In this document: positions 63,581-64,000 of the stretch, one piece after another
Layout: each line of letters begins with the position of its first letter
How positions within the stretch are numbered: position 1 is the first letter of the stretch
Source: Phoronis australis
Taxonomy: Eukaryota > Animalia > Phoronida
Length of the DNA stretch: 64,000 bases
Direction of reading: 5' to 3'
Assembly (NCBI GenBank): GCA_002633005.1
Contig: NMRA01000006.1
Coordinates: 204,485 to 268,484 of the forward strand
Notes under the pieces: model-generated
Seen by the model: only the letters and a program-made list of their open reading frames with translations
Databases searched by the model: none
Told to the model about the DNA's origin: nothing
Made by a program: the position numbers and the translations under genes

Positions 63581-64000
63581 AAGGGGTTTTTTGTCCGATT
63601 ACCAATGTCTAGTAGTTATTCTTAAAACAAAAAAGTAACTGAGCCAGCAAGACCAGTCACTTACTCGACATATTCAATTTCATGAACTCATCGTGTTTTA
63701 CTTTTTATCATCACTGAGCTCAATGCCGTGTGTAATTAGATTCGTGCCAGCTGTATTTCTTTCTATATTCAAAGGCGCTATGTGTACTCTTAATAAAAAT
63801 CAATATGTAGCCTAGGGTATCCCAAAAATACAAACAGAAGTTTTTTTTTCCTTCGCAGAATGAAGAAATGGATCAAATTGCCGAAATTGACAAGCGGGAG
63901 AATGCGGAACGTTACACTGGCATAAACTGGAAATTGTACTCTTTTGGACATCTTAACTGAAACTGAGATTAAACATTCAGAGCCCTGTTGCATGAAACGG

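Noticed and set aside
63859-63960. Plus-strand exon-like stretch after a strong acceptor (NEEMDQIAEIDK...)
   Set aside because: No partner exons or recognisable homology; antisense within a CRTC intron and next to repeats.

Overview
Intron-containing, AT-rich animal DNA, probably a marine invertebrate (inferred from gene and repeat content). It has two N-gaps. Five protein-coding genes could be spliced together by hand with consistent GT-AG sites and phases. (1) The 3' end of a type-I membrane protein with NPxY-like tail motifs (+, 61-1483). (2) A complete 4-exon TERB2 meiotic telomere gene (-, 11836-3940, 445 aa) with a greatly expanded linker. (3) A complete 8-exon glutathionyl-hydroquinone reductase, Xi-class GST (YqjG/ECM4 family; -, 22604-13006, 319 aa). 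(4) A complete 3-exon KLF9/13 transcription factor (+, 24577-36056, 269 aa), head-to-head with gene 3 and carrying a CRE/CArG promoter. (5) The last six coding exons of CRTC/TORC (-, 62578-47489), tail-to-tail with KLF9/13. Introns and UTRs contain an L1/Tx1-type LINE remnant, two Penelope-like remnants, several MITE families (two with clear target-site duplications, one with its empty site preserved nearby), hairpins and minisatellites. There are no prokaryotic features and no CRISPR array. Family assignments rest on motifs recalled from memory, not on database searches.
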